A stretch of 64,000 nt of DNA from Gemmatimonadota bacterium (GCA_020348925.1 CP070758.1:3487688-3551687); one strand, 5' to 3'; shown: positions 20,498-28,381, counted from the stretch's first letter. The notes: generated by a model from the sequence alone, not told the origin. Numbers and translations are program-made.

Positions 20498-21847
20498 CTA
20501 TTTCATGAGCACCATCCGTCTGGTGTCAGTGTCATTGTCTGTTTCGATTCGATAGAAATAGACACCGGCAGGCAATTGGGTCGCATCCCAGGAAATACTG
20601 TAATAGCCGGCCTCCAGCGCATCATCCACAAGATCACCAACAATTTGCCCCAGCATGTTGTACACCCTCAGCCTCACCTGACCCTCCTCCGGCAAACCAA
20701 ACTCGATGGTGGTCTCAGGATTGAAGGGATTGGGGTAGTTCTGGGACAGGACAAATTCCTCAGGCACCCCGGCTCCTGCCTTGGCCACCAACCTTTCACG
20801 CGAAGGCCGCCTCACCTCCAGCGTCACGTCGTCCGTCTTCGTCGCGCTCCCATCATCACCCACAATAGTCAATAGATAGTCCCCTACACCCACACTGCGC
20901 GTCACCTGGACCACCAACATCACCGTCTCTGATCCCCGGGCCGGCACCGTCACCACAGCACCAGGATCGAAGTAGTACCGCCTCGTCCCAGGCGGCAAGC
21001 CCGTCACACTCAAGCTCACCGAACTGGTGTAGCAATCGACGGAGCTGACCGTCACATCGTAGGTGGCCGTCCCCAGAAACCCTCCAAACCACTCCACCCT
21101 GGCCACAGCCGGGACTGCACTCACGTCGAAATCGGACGAGCCTCCGAAGTCCGGATCGTTCTGATCAACAAGCCCGTCGCAGTCGTTGTCCTGACCGTCA
21201 CACACTTCAGCGTTACCGGGGTAGTTATTGGGGTTGGCATCGTCACAATCACACACGGTTCCGGCCCCGTCGCCGTCACCATTGGCCTGATCCGGATTGA
21301 ACGTGCCCGGGCAGTTGTCTGTGGCATCATCCACGCCATCCCCGTCAGTATCCGTGAAAGTGGTGACGACATTGTATGCCGGGGAGGTATTCTTGAAGTG
21401 GATCCAGCCGATATTCTCCCCCCAGGCATAGCCGTCAAAGCTGCCGGTGAGAGGATCGATGGTTACTCCACCATATGTGGGATTGAAGTTGATCCAGCCT
21501 ACGTTGGTGCCCCAGGCGTAACCGGACAGGTTGCCTGAGACATCCCTGTTGACACCGTAATTCGTCGCTGAGGTGTTGTCGTAGGAGTGACCACCGTTGC
21601 TCTCATGGGTGCCCAGTCTGATCCAGCCGATGTTCTCGGCCCAGGCGTAACCCTCCAGGTGGTCGGCGTAGACCGTCACGCCGCCGTTGACTGGCCGGAA
21701 ATTGAGCCAGCCCACGTTGGTCCCCCAGGCCCACTTGTCCACCGGGTCGATGTTGCCGGTCTGTGCCTGGAGTACGCCACTTATACTCAGCAGGAGCAGA
21801 GCAGTCAATACGGAATATTTCATGCCCGCTATCATTTTCCTACTCAT
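20498..21847 (-). CDS. Secreted protein: AWxxNxGW repeat domain, TSP3 repeat, putative metal-binding (MopE-like) motif, T9SS-type tail
   Basis: Signal peptide from MSRKM (SD GAGGAGG), four (W/Y)AWxxN(V/I)GW(L/I) repeats, DGDGVDDATDNCP, CDD..YPG.AEVCDGQDNDCDG, QNYPNPFNP. Confidence 0.85.
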   Translation of the reverse strand: MSRKMIAGMKYSVLTALLLLSISGVLQAQTGNIDPVDKWAWGTNVGWLNFRPVNGGVTVYADHLEGYAWAENIGWIRLGTHESNGGHSYDNTSATNYGVNRDVSGNLSGYAWGTNVGWINFNPTYGGVTIDPLTGSFDGYAWGENIGWIHFKNTSPAYNVVTTFTDTDGDGVDDATDNCPGTFNPDQANGDGDGAGTVCDCDDANPNNYPGNAEVCDGQDNDCDGLVDQNDPDFGGSSDFDVSAVPAVARVEWFGGFLGTATYDVTVSSVDCYTSSVSLSVTGLPPGTRRYYFDPGAVVTVPARGSETVMLVVQVTRSVGVGDYLLTIVGDDGSATKTDDVTLEVRRPSRERLVAKAGAGVPEEFVLSQNYPNPFNPETTIEFGLPEEGQVRLRVYNMLGQIVGDLVDDALEAGYYSISWDATQLPAGVYFYRIETDNDTDTRRMVLMK

Positions 21848-21861
21848 AATGTTCCCTCCTC

Positions 21862-22302
21862 TCATCTCAGAGAAAAATGAAAAATCAAACATCGAAAAGC
21901 AAAATGACAGATGAAAATGCAAAATGACCTCTTTCCTTTCAGGGTCAATATGTTCGTTGCGAATATCTTGCTTATTTCATCCTGCTCCTTCAAAAACCAA
22001 TCCACTTCTTTTGCCCCTGCGCGTTTGCTATCCCGGAGAAGAGCAAGCCAGAGTTTACTCTCGTTGGCAGATTTCAATGACGTGTTGAGATAGTTTGTGA
22101 AATCCTTTTTACTGCTTCCCGACTGGCCCCCAATGTAATTCCCAGGAATAATTGCACCACTGCGCAACAGTTGATCTCCAAGTCTTCTGGAAACGTTGTC
22201 CTTTGGCAAGCCATCCAGGAATTCAATGAGCTTTAAAACAAACCTGTACAGCCTCTCCTTGAAATCCTTTTTGAATTTTGCCTTGTCATTTTGCATTTTC
22301 AT
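21862..22302 (-). CDS. Four-helix-bundle protein (TIGR02436 / IVS-encoded-like, Avd structural relative), possibly degenerate
   Basis: FKERLYRF..LP..LGDQLLRSG..NY..S.KDF..SLKSANE..WL.LL. The natural stop seems lost (TGA>TCA relative to the copy at 28427), adding about 21 aa. Confidence 0.8.
   Translation of the reverse strand: MKMQNDKAKFKKDFKERLYRFVLKLIEFLDGLPKDNVSRRLGDQLLRSGAIIPGNYIGGQSGSSKKDFTNYLNTSLKSANESKLWLALLRDSKRAGAKEVDWFLKEQDEISKIFATNILTLKGKRSFCIFICHFAFRCLIFHFSLR
21880..21941. repeat. 62-bp direct repeat, left copy (3' flank of the four-helix-bundle element)
   Basis: 57/62 identical to 28382-28443 by manual alignment. Confidence 0.9.
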
Positions 22303-22324
22303 TCTTGATCTTTGACTTGAAGAT

Positions 22325-23560
22325 CTACTGTCCTCCGCGCACCGGCCACACGGAGAGAAGGTTGCCCTTATTGTAGACAAACTCACGTAAAAATGGATCA
22401 CAGTCCAGGTTCACGCCCCAGGCGAATTCCGGCAAAGACCAGTAGGTAGTACTCGACCAGTAGATGCCCGGATACACGCCGGTAAAGGCGCGCGGAGTAC
22501 CTGAACAGACCGGCTCTGTTCCTTCCGCTAATGCATATAACTCAGTTTTCGTGGGCAAACGCCAATCGCCAACAACTGAACCATCACTTAGACCTGCATC
22601 CAAAGAATCAGGACACAAAACGCCCACACACCTCTGAGCATCATCATGATTAGTGCAGTCCTCCCACGGCTTTTCTCCACCCCAGTCAGCCTTTTTTAGC
22701 CATACCAAGCATGTCGTCAAATCAGTCACAGTGCCATCCCCATTATCACACCAGCGGGTTCCATTCATGGTGCCTTCGCATGTGCAACCGCCATGAAGAT
22801 TGCCCGATACGTTGAAGATGTTCTTTCCGTTCTTAATGTTGTCGGCAATAAGATCGGCATCGTTGGCCGTAGCTGTTTTCCCGGAATAGAATCCATTCGG
22901 GATGGAGAATGTTCTACTCCCTTCAGGTCCTGAGACGTTGCTGCCTTTCGCCATTGAACCCGTCAGTTCACTACCGTCAACCCAAGCCTTCTTGCCACTG
23001 AGAATATCGCCCGCAGTCGCATCACCGGAGCTGGTATTGACCACATTCGGGTCGCCATCGATGCCGAAGATATTCACTCCGCTCTTGATATTGCCAGCCG
23101 CCAAATCTCCATCCTGGGCTGTAGCCGTCTTTCCCGAATAGATCCCGTCCGGGATTGGAAAAGCCAGCGATCCCTCCGGCCCCAGCACATCGCTGCCTGC
23201 CGCGGCCGTACCTGTTTTCGGCCCCCATTCCCCTGAGGTCAATCCCCAGAAGGTTTTGCCGGACAGGACTTCAGACGCCGTCGCGCCATTGCTATTGTCC
23301 ATAGCTGGGGCTTTACCCATGATCTCGTTCAGGGTGTGCATGGTCGATGTCACCGGCCCGGCGGTGGGTTCGGTAAAGGTGCTCTGCGAACCCGCCGTGC
23401 CGTCGTTCAGGCGGTTGTAGATGTCCTCAAGAGTATAAGAAGATGTAGCACCGGGCGGATTGGTGGGGTCCGTATCCCCGGCATACTCCGACAACGCCAA
23501 AACCCATACGGAAAAAAGAATGAACACTATGGCAGCAAGGACTATGTTTCTCCTACGCAT
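22325..23560 (-). CDS. DUF1566 (Lcl C-terminal, CLec-fold) secreted protein, DGR-target-like (array gene 5)
   Basis: Signal peptide, DNGDGTVTD..LVW, DWRLPT..EL, YWSST..AW.V..NK..VWPVRGGQ. Confidence 0.9.
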   Translation of the reverse strand: MRRRNIVLAAIVFILFSVWVLALSEYAGDTDPTNPPGATSSYTLEDIYNRLNDGTAGSQSTFTEPTAGPVTSTMHTLNEIMGKAPAMDNSNGATASEVLSGKTFWGLTSGEWGPKTGTAAAGSDVLGPEGSLAFPIPDGIYSGKTATAQDGDLAAGNIKSGVNIFGIDGDPNVVNTSSGDATAGDILSGKKAWVDGSELTGSMAKGSNVSGPEGSRTFSIPNGFYSGKTATANDADLIADNIKNGKNIFNVSGNLHGGCTCEGTMNGTRWCDNGDGTVTDLTTCLVWLKKADWGGEKPWEDCTNHDDAQRCVGVLCPDSLDAGLSDGSVVGDWRLPTKTELYALAEGTEPVCSGTPRAFTGVYPGIYWSSTTYWSLPEFAWGVNLDCDPFLREFVYNKGNLLSVWPVRGGQ

Positions 23561-23669
23561 GATCCAACCTCCTTTCCAAATGCGTGGTGAATGGTGAATT
23601 ATGAATCATACAACCTCCTTATGTTATAGATGATTTGGTTGATGTGTTTTCCTTTCATCTCTTATCTAC

Positions 23670-23830
23670 ATCCCCCTAACCCTCATCAAAGGGGGATTTT
23701 TTGTGTGGCCCCCCTTCGAAGGGTAAATTCCAATCTCCCCTTGAGGTTTGCACCCTCCCATTCCCCACTGAGGGGGGGACGAAGGTTGGTAGTCCCCCCT
23801 TGAGGGGGGATTAAGGGGGGTGTTACCCCT
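23670..23830. repeat. Cluster of CCCCCTT(N)AAGGGGG REP-like palindromes
   Basis: Several CCCCC..GGGGG hairpins. Same family at about 26119-26165 and 28727-28927. Confidence 0.75.
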
Positions 23831-23942
23831 ACTCCCTTTCAAAGACCATACATTCATATTCATACATCCATAACCATATTCTCAGAAAAACGGCAAGATC
23901 GAATGTCTTGCGGTATATGGGCAGATGCTCGTATCGGGGCAT
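23829..23942 (-). pseudogene. Truncated DGR accessory-variability-determinant (avd)-like 5' stub
   Basis: ATG 26 nt after the DUF1566 stop reads MPRYEHLPIYRKTFDLAVF(L), continuing ENMV after a 1-nt frameshift. This matches the MAxYEHLPIYKKAxDLxxxxE start recalled for bAvd-like proteins. Not in the ORF track. Confidence 0.7.
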
Positions 23943-23968
23943 ATTTCTCATTAATCAAAATAACCAAA

Positions 23969-24802
23969 TCACTGTCCGGCACGCACAGGCCACACACAGT
24001 AGTTGGCGTAGCCCTTATTGCCGTGGACCACGTCGCCACTAACCGTGTCCACGCCATAGGCGTAGTATGGAAAGGTGTAGAATGAAGTACTAGACGACCA
24101 GTAGCCGGACTGCACATTATCGAACGGACCTGGTCTGCTGGATAGAATATACTCATTTCCATTGGTTATTCCGTCTAATTCATCCACAGTCGGCAGCCGC
24201 CAGTCACCCCACACAGAACCATCTGTGAGAGTAGTACCATCATCTCTTATTTCTGTTAGAGGTCTCATTATTGCGAGATCCCACTCCATCTTGCCACCTA
24301 AATAATTGGCATCTTTCAGCCATACCAAACCCGTGGTCATATCCAGTACCGTTCCATCACCTTGGTCACACCAACGAGTGCCGAAGAAATGAACACCATC
24401 GGAATACATTGTTCCATTGCAGGCTGACCCACCCGCAGATAACGCGCCGGTTTGCAGTCCCCATTCTCCCGCATTCACATTCAGCCCCCAGAATTTCTTA
24501 CCTGCCAAAACTTCGGTAGTTTTGGCACCATAGAGGTTGTTCCTTACCGGGGCAGCATACCAGATGTCGTTCAGGGTGTGCATGGTCGATGTCACCGGCC
24601 CGGTGGTGGGTTCGGTAAAGGTGCTCTGCGCAACCGCCGTGCCATACTTCAGCCGAAGGAAGATCATCTCCAGAGTGGAGGAATATGTAGCGCCGGGCGG
24701 ATTGGTGGGATCCGTGTTCCCGGTATACTCCGACAACGCCAAAACCCATACGAAAAACAGTACGAACGCTACGGCAGAAACAACTATGTATCTCCTACGC
24801 AT
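23969..24802 (-). CDS. DUF1566 secreted protein, DGR-target-like (array gene 4)
   Basis: Shared leader VWVLALSEY..DPT.PPG, DQGDGTVLD..GLVW, DWRLPT..EL, YWSS..VWPVRAGQ. Confidence 0.9.
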   Translation of the reverse strand: MRRRYIVVSAVAFVLFFVWVLALSEYTGNTDPTNPPGATYSSTLEMIFLRLKYGTAVAQSTFTEPTTGPVTSTMHTLNDIWYAAPVRNNLYGAKTTEVLAGKKFWGLNVNAGEWGLQTGALSAGGSACNGTMYSDGVHFFGTRWCDQGDGTVLDMTTGLVWLKDANYLGGKMEWDLAIMRPLTEIRDDGTTLTDGSVWGDWRLPTVDELDGITNGNEYILSSRPGPFDNVQSGYWSSSTSFYTFPYYAYGVDTVSGDVVHGNKGYANYCVWPVRAGQ

Positions 24803-24870
24803 GATCCAGCCTCCTTTTCATTCTAACCCTCCCTGTGAATGGTGAAAAGATACTTGTGTGATATAATTTA

Positions 24871-24918
24871 TATCATTTGAATCCCCGATCGGAGTCGAGG
24901 ACAAGCTTTAGATTTAAG
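24871..24918. repeat. 48-bp post-stop repeat with hairpin
   Basis: 45/48 identical to 27394-27441. Contains the minus-strand stem-loop TCCTCGA-CTCCGA-TCGGGGA. Confidence 0.85.
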
Positions 24919-24921
24919 CGT

Positions 24922-26001
24922 CTATTGTCCACCGCGTACCGGCCACACAGAACAATTGTCATTTTGTTGTATTAAGTCAAAGACTCCCACATCGCCATCA
25001 CTCAGGCTTACGTAATAGAAACCATGTTCACCAGGGTCCAAAGTACTCGTGCAGAAAGGAAGCCCAGTGAATACACTAAACGGATGCCCTGCAGGAAGAG
25101 CAGGTCCACTCTGTGTAAGATCAATCAAACTATGCAGCTCATTCACATTAGGCAGACGCCAGTCGTCGTAACCAGCAAATGAAAAATCGTTGCAGAAGTT
25201 AAGGGCGTCAATAACGCGATGGATTGCATGAGGAGCTCCTTTTGTCCACATCAGGCGGGTCCAGTTGTCGGTGACCGTATCATCACCATGGTCTGTGAAT
25301 CGAGCTCCCGTAAATCCGTAAACAGTATACGCACCACGAACACCAGTGCTCGGCGACCACTCTGGTAATACACCGAGTTGATACTCCCCATCCTGTCCGG
25401 TGCCTTCGCAGGGTATAACCAGACCCTCATCGTTTAAACATTTAGTTACCCCTGTTTTCGGGACTCTTGCTGCTCCGCTGGCTTCAATGAGGGTACCTGA
25501 GACTCCGAAGATGTCAATTCCGCTTCTGATATTTCCCTCCAGCAGGTCTCCATCTTGGGCCGTGGCCGTTTTCCCGGAATAGACACCATCAGGGATTGGA
25601 AAAGCTATCGATCCCTCCGCTCCCAGCACATCGCTTCCTGCCGCGGCTGTTCCTGTTTGTGTCCCCCATTCTCCCGAGGTCAGCCCCCAGAAAGTTTTGC
25701 CACTGAGCACATCCGCTGCGGTAGCGCCATTGGCTTCATCAACAGCAGGGGCTTCCCCCAAGATGTCATTCAGAGTGTGCATCGTCGCTGTGCCCAGTCC
25801 GTCGGTAGGTTCCGTAAATGGTCTCGGTCCATCCTCCGCGCCAGTAACCAAGCGATTATAGATGTCCTCCAGAGAGTAAGAGGATGTAGACCCCGGTGGA
25901 TAGGTGGGATCAGAATCACCAGCATACTCCGACAACGCCAAAACCCATACGGAAAACACGACAAGCACTACGGCAGCAAAGACTATGTGTCTCCTACGCA
26001 T
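24922..26001 (-). CDS. DUF1566 secreted protein (array gene 3, variable region drifted)
   Basis: MRRRHIV start after GGAGG SD, PKTG..GQDG, FTDHGDDTVTD..LMW, GYDDWRLPNVNEL, VWPVRGGQ. Confidence 0.9.
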   Translation of the reverse strand: MRRRHIVFAAVVLVVFSVWVLALSEYAGDSDPTYPPGSTSSYSLEDIYNRLVTGAEDGPRPFTEPTDGLGTATMHTLNDILGEAPAVDEANGATAADVLSGKTFWGLTSGEWGTQTGTAAAGSDVLGAEGSIAFPIPDGVYSGKTATAQDGDLLEGNIRSGIDIFGVSGTLIEASGAARVPKTGVTKCLNDEGLVIPCEGTGQDGEYQLGVLPEWSPSTGVRGAYTVYGFTGARFTDHGDDTVTDNWTRLMWTKGAPHAIHRVIDALNFCNDFSFAGYDDWRLPNVNELHSLIDLTQSGPALPAGHPFSVFTGLPFCTSTLDPGEHGFYYVSLSDGDVGVFDLIQQNDNCSVWPVRGGQ

Positions 26002-26112
26002 GATCCAGCCTCCATTCATATAGGGAATTGTAAATAAAGAACTGTCCAGTATCAATCATGTGACCTCCTTCTGGTATAGATAATTTTGTTGATGCATTTT
26101 CTGTCATCTCTT

Positions 26113-26211
26113 TTACATTCCCCTAACCCCCTTCAAAGGGGGAATTTTTGTGTGGCACCCCTTCAAATCATACGCCTCACGAAAAATGGGCAGGTGTTCA
26201 TACCGGGCCAT
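26113..26211 (-). pseudogene. Truncated avd-like 5' stub fused to a REP palindrome
   Basis: Reads MARYEHLPIFREAYDL, then runs into the TTTGAAGGGG REP spacer. Lies downstream of DUF1566 gene 26325..27161 and a GC hairpin. Confidence 0.72.
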
Positions 26212-26267
26212 TCTGTCTACTCATCCTTATCACTTTATTGATTCAATGCTCCTCGAAATCCTCGCGG

Positions 26268-26290
26268 GCAAGTGGGGACACCCCCCTTGC
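26268..26290 (-). promoter_or_regulatory. GC-rich hairpin 34 nt after the variable-region-like 3' end (candidate DGR target-recognition cruciform)
   Basis: GCAAGGGGGG-TGT-CCCCACTTGC, 9 of 10 bp paired, between the target stop and the avd stub. Confidence 0.55.
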
Positions 26291-26324
26291 ATCCCCCCAA
26301 CAAAGTATCAAAGTACCAAAGACT

Positions 26325-27161
26325 CTACTGTTCTCCACGCACCGGCCACACAAATGGGACGCTGTAGCTCTTATTGAAGTGGTGCACGGAGCCATCGGAC
26401 ATGACCACGATCCAGGCGTAGTTCGGAAGGTCCGCTAAGGTAGTACTCGACCAGTAGCTGCCCAACTCCACGCCGGAAAAGGCGCGCGGAGTATCTGAAC
26501 GGACTTGCTCTGTTCCGTGCGTTAAATCATACAACTCTGTTTTCGTAGGCAACCGCCAATCGCCTTCTGTAGAACCATCGCTCAAGTCTGCACCAGCACT
26601 TCCAGCCTTCAAAATGCCTGCTCGCGTATGAGCATCATCATAACCAATGCCGTCCACCCACATTTTTTGCCCACCCCAGTCAGCCTTTTTCAACCATACC
26701 AGGCATGTGGTCAAATCTGTCACTGTCCCATCTCCATTATCACACCACCGGGTTCCATTCATGGTGCCGGTGCATGTGCAACCGCCATGAAGACTACCGG
26801 TTTCCTCCCCCCAGTCACTGCCATCACTACCGTCGGTGCGTAAACTCCAATACTTCTTGCCATGTGCCACTTCCGCTTTAGTGGCTCCATAGGTGTTGTC
26901 CGCAACTGGCGCCTTGTCCATGATGTCATTCAGAGTGTGCATCGTCGCTGTGCCCGGTCCGTCGGTAGGTTCCGTAAATGGTCTCGGTCCATCCTCCGCG
27001 CCAGTAACCAAGCGATTATAGATGTCCTCCAGAGAGTAGGAGGATGTAGACTCCGGTGGATAGGTGGGATCAGAATCTCCAGCATACTCCGACAACGCCA
27101 AAACCCATACTACTAACAGGACAAACATTACGGCGGCAAGGACTCTGTGTCTGCTTCGCAT
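26325..27161 (-). CDS. DUF1566 secreted protein, DGR-target-like (array gene 2)
   Basis: MRSRHRV start after AAGGAGG, CDNGDGTVTDLTTCLVW, DWRLPTKTEL, YWSSTT..AW.V.M..G.V...NK..VWPVRGEQ. Confidence 0.9.
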   Translation of the reverse strand: MRSRHRVLAAVMFVLLVVWVLALSEYAGDSDPTYPPESTSSYSLEDIYNRLVTGAEDGPRPFTEPTDGPGTATMHTLNDIMDKAPVADNTYGATKAEVAHGKKYWSLRTDGSDGSDWGEETGSLHGGCTCTGTMNGTRWCDNGDGTVTDLTTCLVWLKKADWGGQKMWVDGIGYDDAHTRAGILKAGSAGADLSDGSTEGDWRLPTKTELYDLTHGTEQVRSDTPRAFSGVELGSYWSSTTLADLPNYAWIVVMSDGSVHHFNKSYSVPFVWPVRGEQ

Positions 27162-27442
27162 GATGTAACCTCCTTTCATTTTTCCCTTATCATGAGTCAC
27201 CTAAGCTGAGCGATTTAATAAGCATACTTTGCATAAATGTCATTCTGAACTGAGCAAAGCGAAGTGAAGAATCTTACTCGAATGGTGGGAGATTCTTCGC
27301 CCGATAAATCGGACTCAGAATGACAGTTACGTCAGACTTTGCGCCAGGAATCGCTCAATTCGAATTTCATTTAGATTTCAATTCCATTCTGTTTATCATT
27401 TGGATCCCCGATCGGAGTCGAGGACAAGCTTGGGATTTAAGG

Positions 27443-28348
27443 TTACTCTCCTCCGCGTACACGCCACAACAAGTAGAATTCGGTTTTAACGTAGAAGTCC
27501 ACGGAGCCATCTTCCAAGTCCACGGCCCAGGCGTAGACCGAAGTCGGAACGTCCTCGAACGTAGTACTCGACCAGTAGAGGCTCGACTGCACGCCGGTAA
27601 ACGGATGACCGGCTGGCAGATAAGGTGAGGAGAGGCCTGGATCAAAAAGGCTCCGCAACTCATTTATATTCGGCATCCGCCAGTCGCTGTAACCAGCAAA
27701 TGAAGATTTGCTTTCGGAAATGGCCATTTCCCAAGGAGTAGGCGGCCAGTAGGCACTTTTTGTCCACATCAAGCCGGTCAGATTGTCCGTCACCGTCCCA
27801 TCCCCATTGTCCGTAAACTGCGCCGTTCCATCATAACACTTGAACGACGCCCGATTATAACCCCCGAAGGAAGAACCAGGCCATGAAAGCACCACGACGG
27901 GCAGACCCCCATTCCGGTAGTACCCGTCATCTCCTGTGACATACGAGACAACCTGCCCGGTTTTCGCTACATATTGAGGCGCTGTGCCCGTTTGCAATCC
28001 CCAACTACTGCCACCACTGCCGTCGGTGCGTAAGCTCCAATACTTCTTGCCACATGCCACATCCGCTTTGGTGGCTCCATCTGTGTTATCCGCAACCGGG
28101 GCCTTGTCCATGATCTGATTCAGAGTGTACATGGTACTCCCCGGCCCACTGGTGGGTTCCGTAAAGGTACTTTGTGTACCGTCCGCTCCGGTGTCCAGCC
28201 GGTTGTAGATGTCCTCAAGAGTATAAGAAGATGTAGCACCGGGCGGATTGGTGGGGTCCGTGTTCCCGGCATACTCCGACAACGCCAAAACCCATACGAA
28301 AAACAGAACGAACATTACGACAGCAAGGACTATGTTTCTCCTACGCAT
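27443..28348 (-). CDS. DUF1566 secreted protein, DGR-target-like (array gene 1)
   Basis: KTGQ..GDDG, FTDNGDGTVTDNLTGLMW, GYSDWRMPNINEL, YWSSTT..AWAV..LWRVRGGE. Confidence 0.9.
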   Translation of the reverse strand: MRRRNIVLAVVMFVLFFVWVLALSEYAGNTDPTNPPGATSSYTLEDIYNRLDTGADGTQSTFTEPTSGPGSTMYTLNQIMDKAPVADNTDGATKADVACGKKYWSLRTDGSGGSSWGLQTGTAPQYVAKTGQVVSYVTGDDGYYRNGGLPVVVLSWPGSSFGGYNRASFKCYDGTAQFTDNGDGTVTDNLTGLMWTKSAYWPPTPWEMAISESKSSFAGYSDWRMPNINELRSLFDPGLSSPYLPAGHPFTGVQSSLYWSSTTFEDVPTSVYAWAVDLEDGSVDFYVKTEFYLLWRVRGGE

Positions 28349-28381
28349 GATCCAACCTCCTTCCTATTTAACAGAAATTGA

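Noticed and set aside
21848-21922. Longer ORF-track starts for 20498.., 15847.., 24922..26055, 26325..27200, 45512..47722, 53222.., 56982..
   Set aside because: Downstream starts have SD motifs and give proper signal peptides or family N-termini. The extensions run through repeats or leaders.
22325-28348. Integron cassette array
   Set aside because: No attC-type RYYYAAC..GTTRRRY sites were recognised between the genes, no integrase is present, and the genes are paralogues with their own SD sequences.
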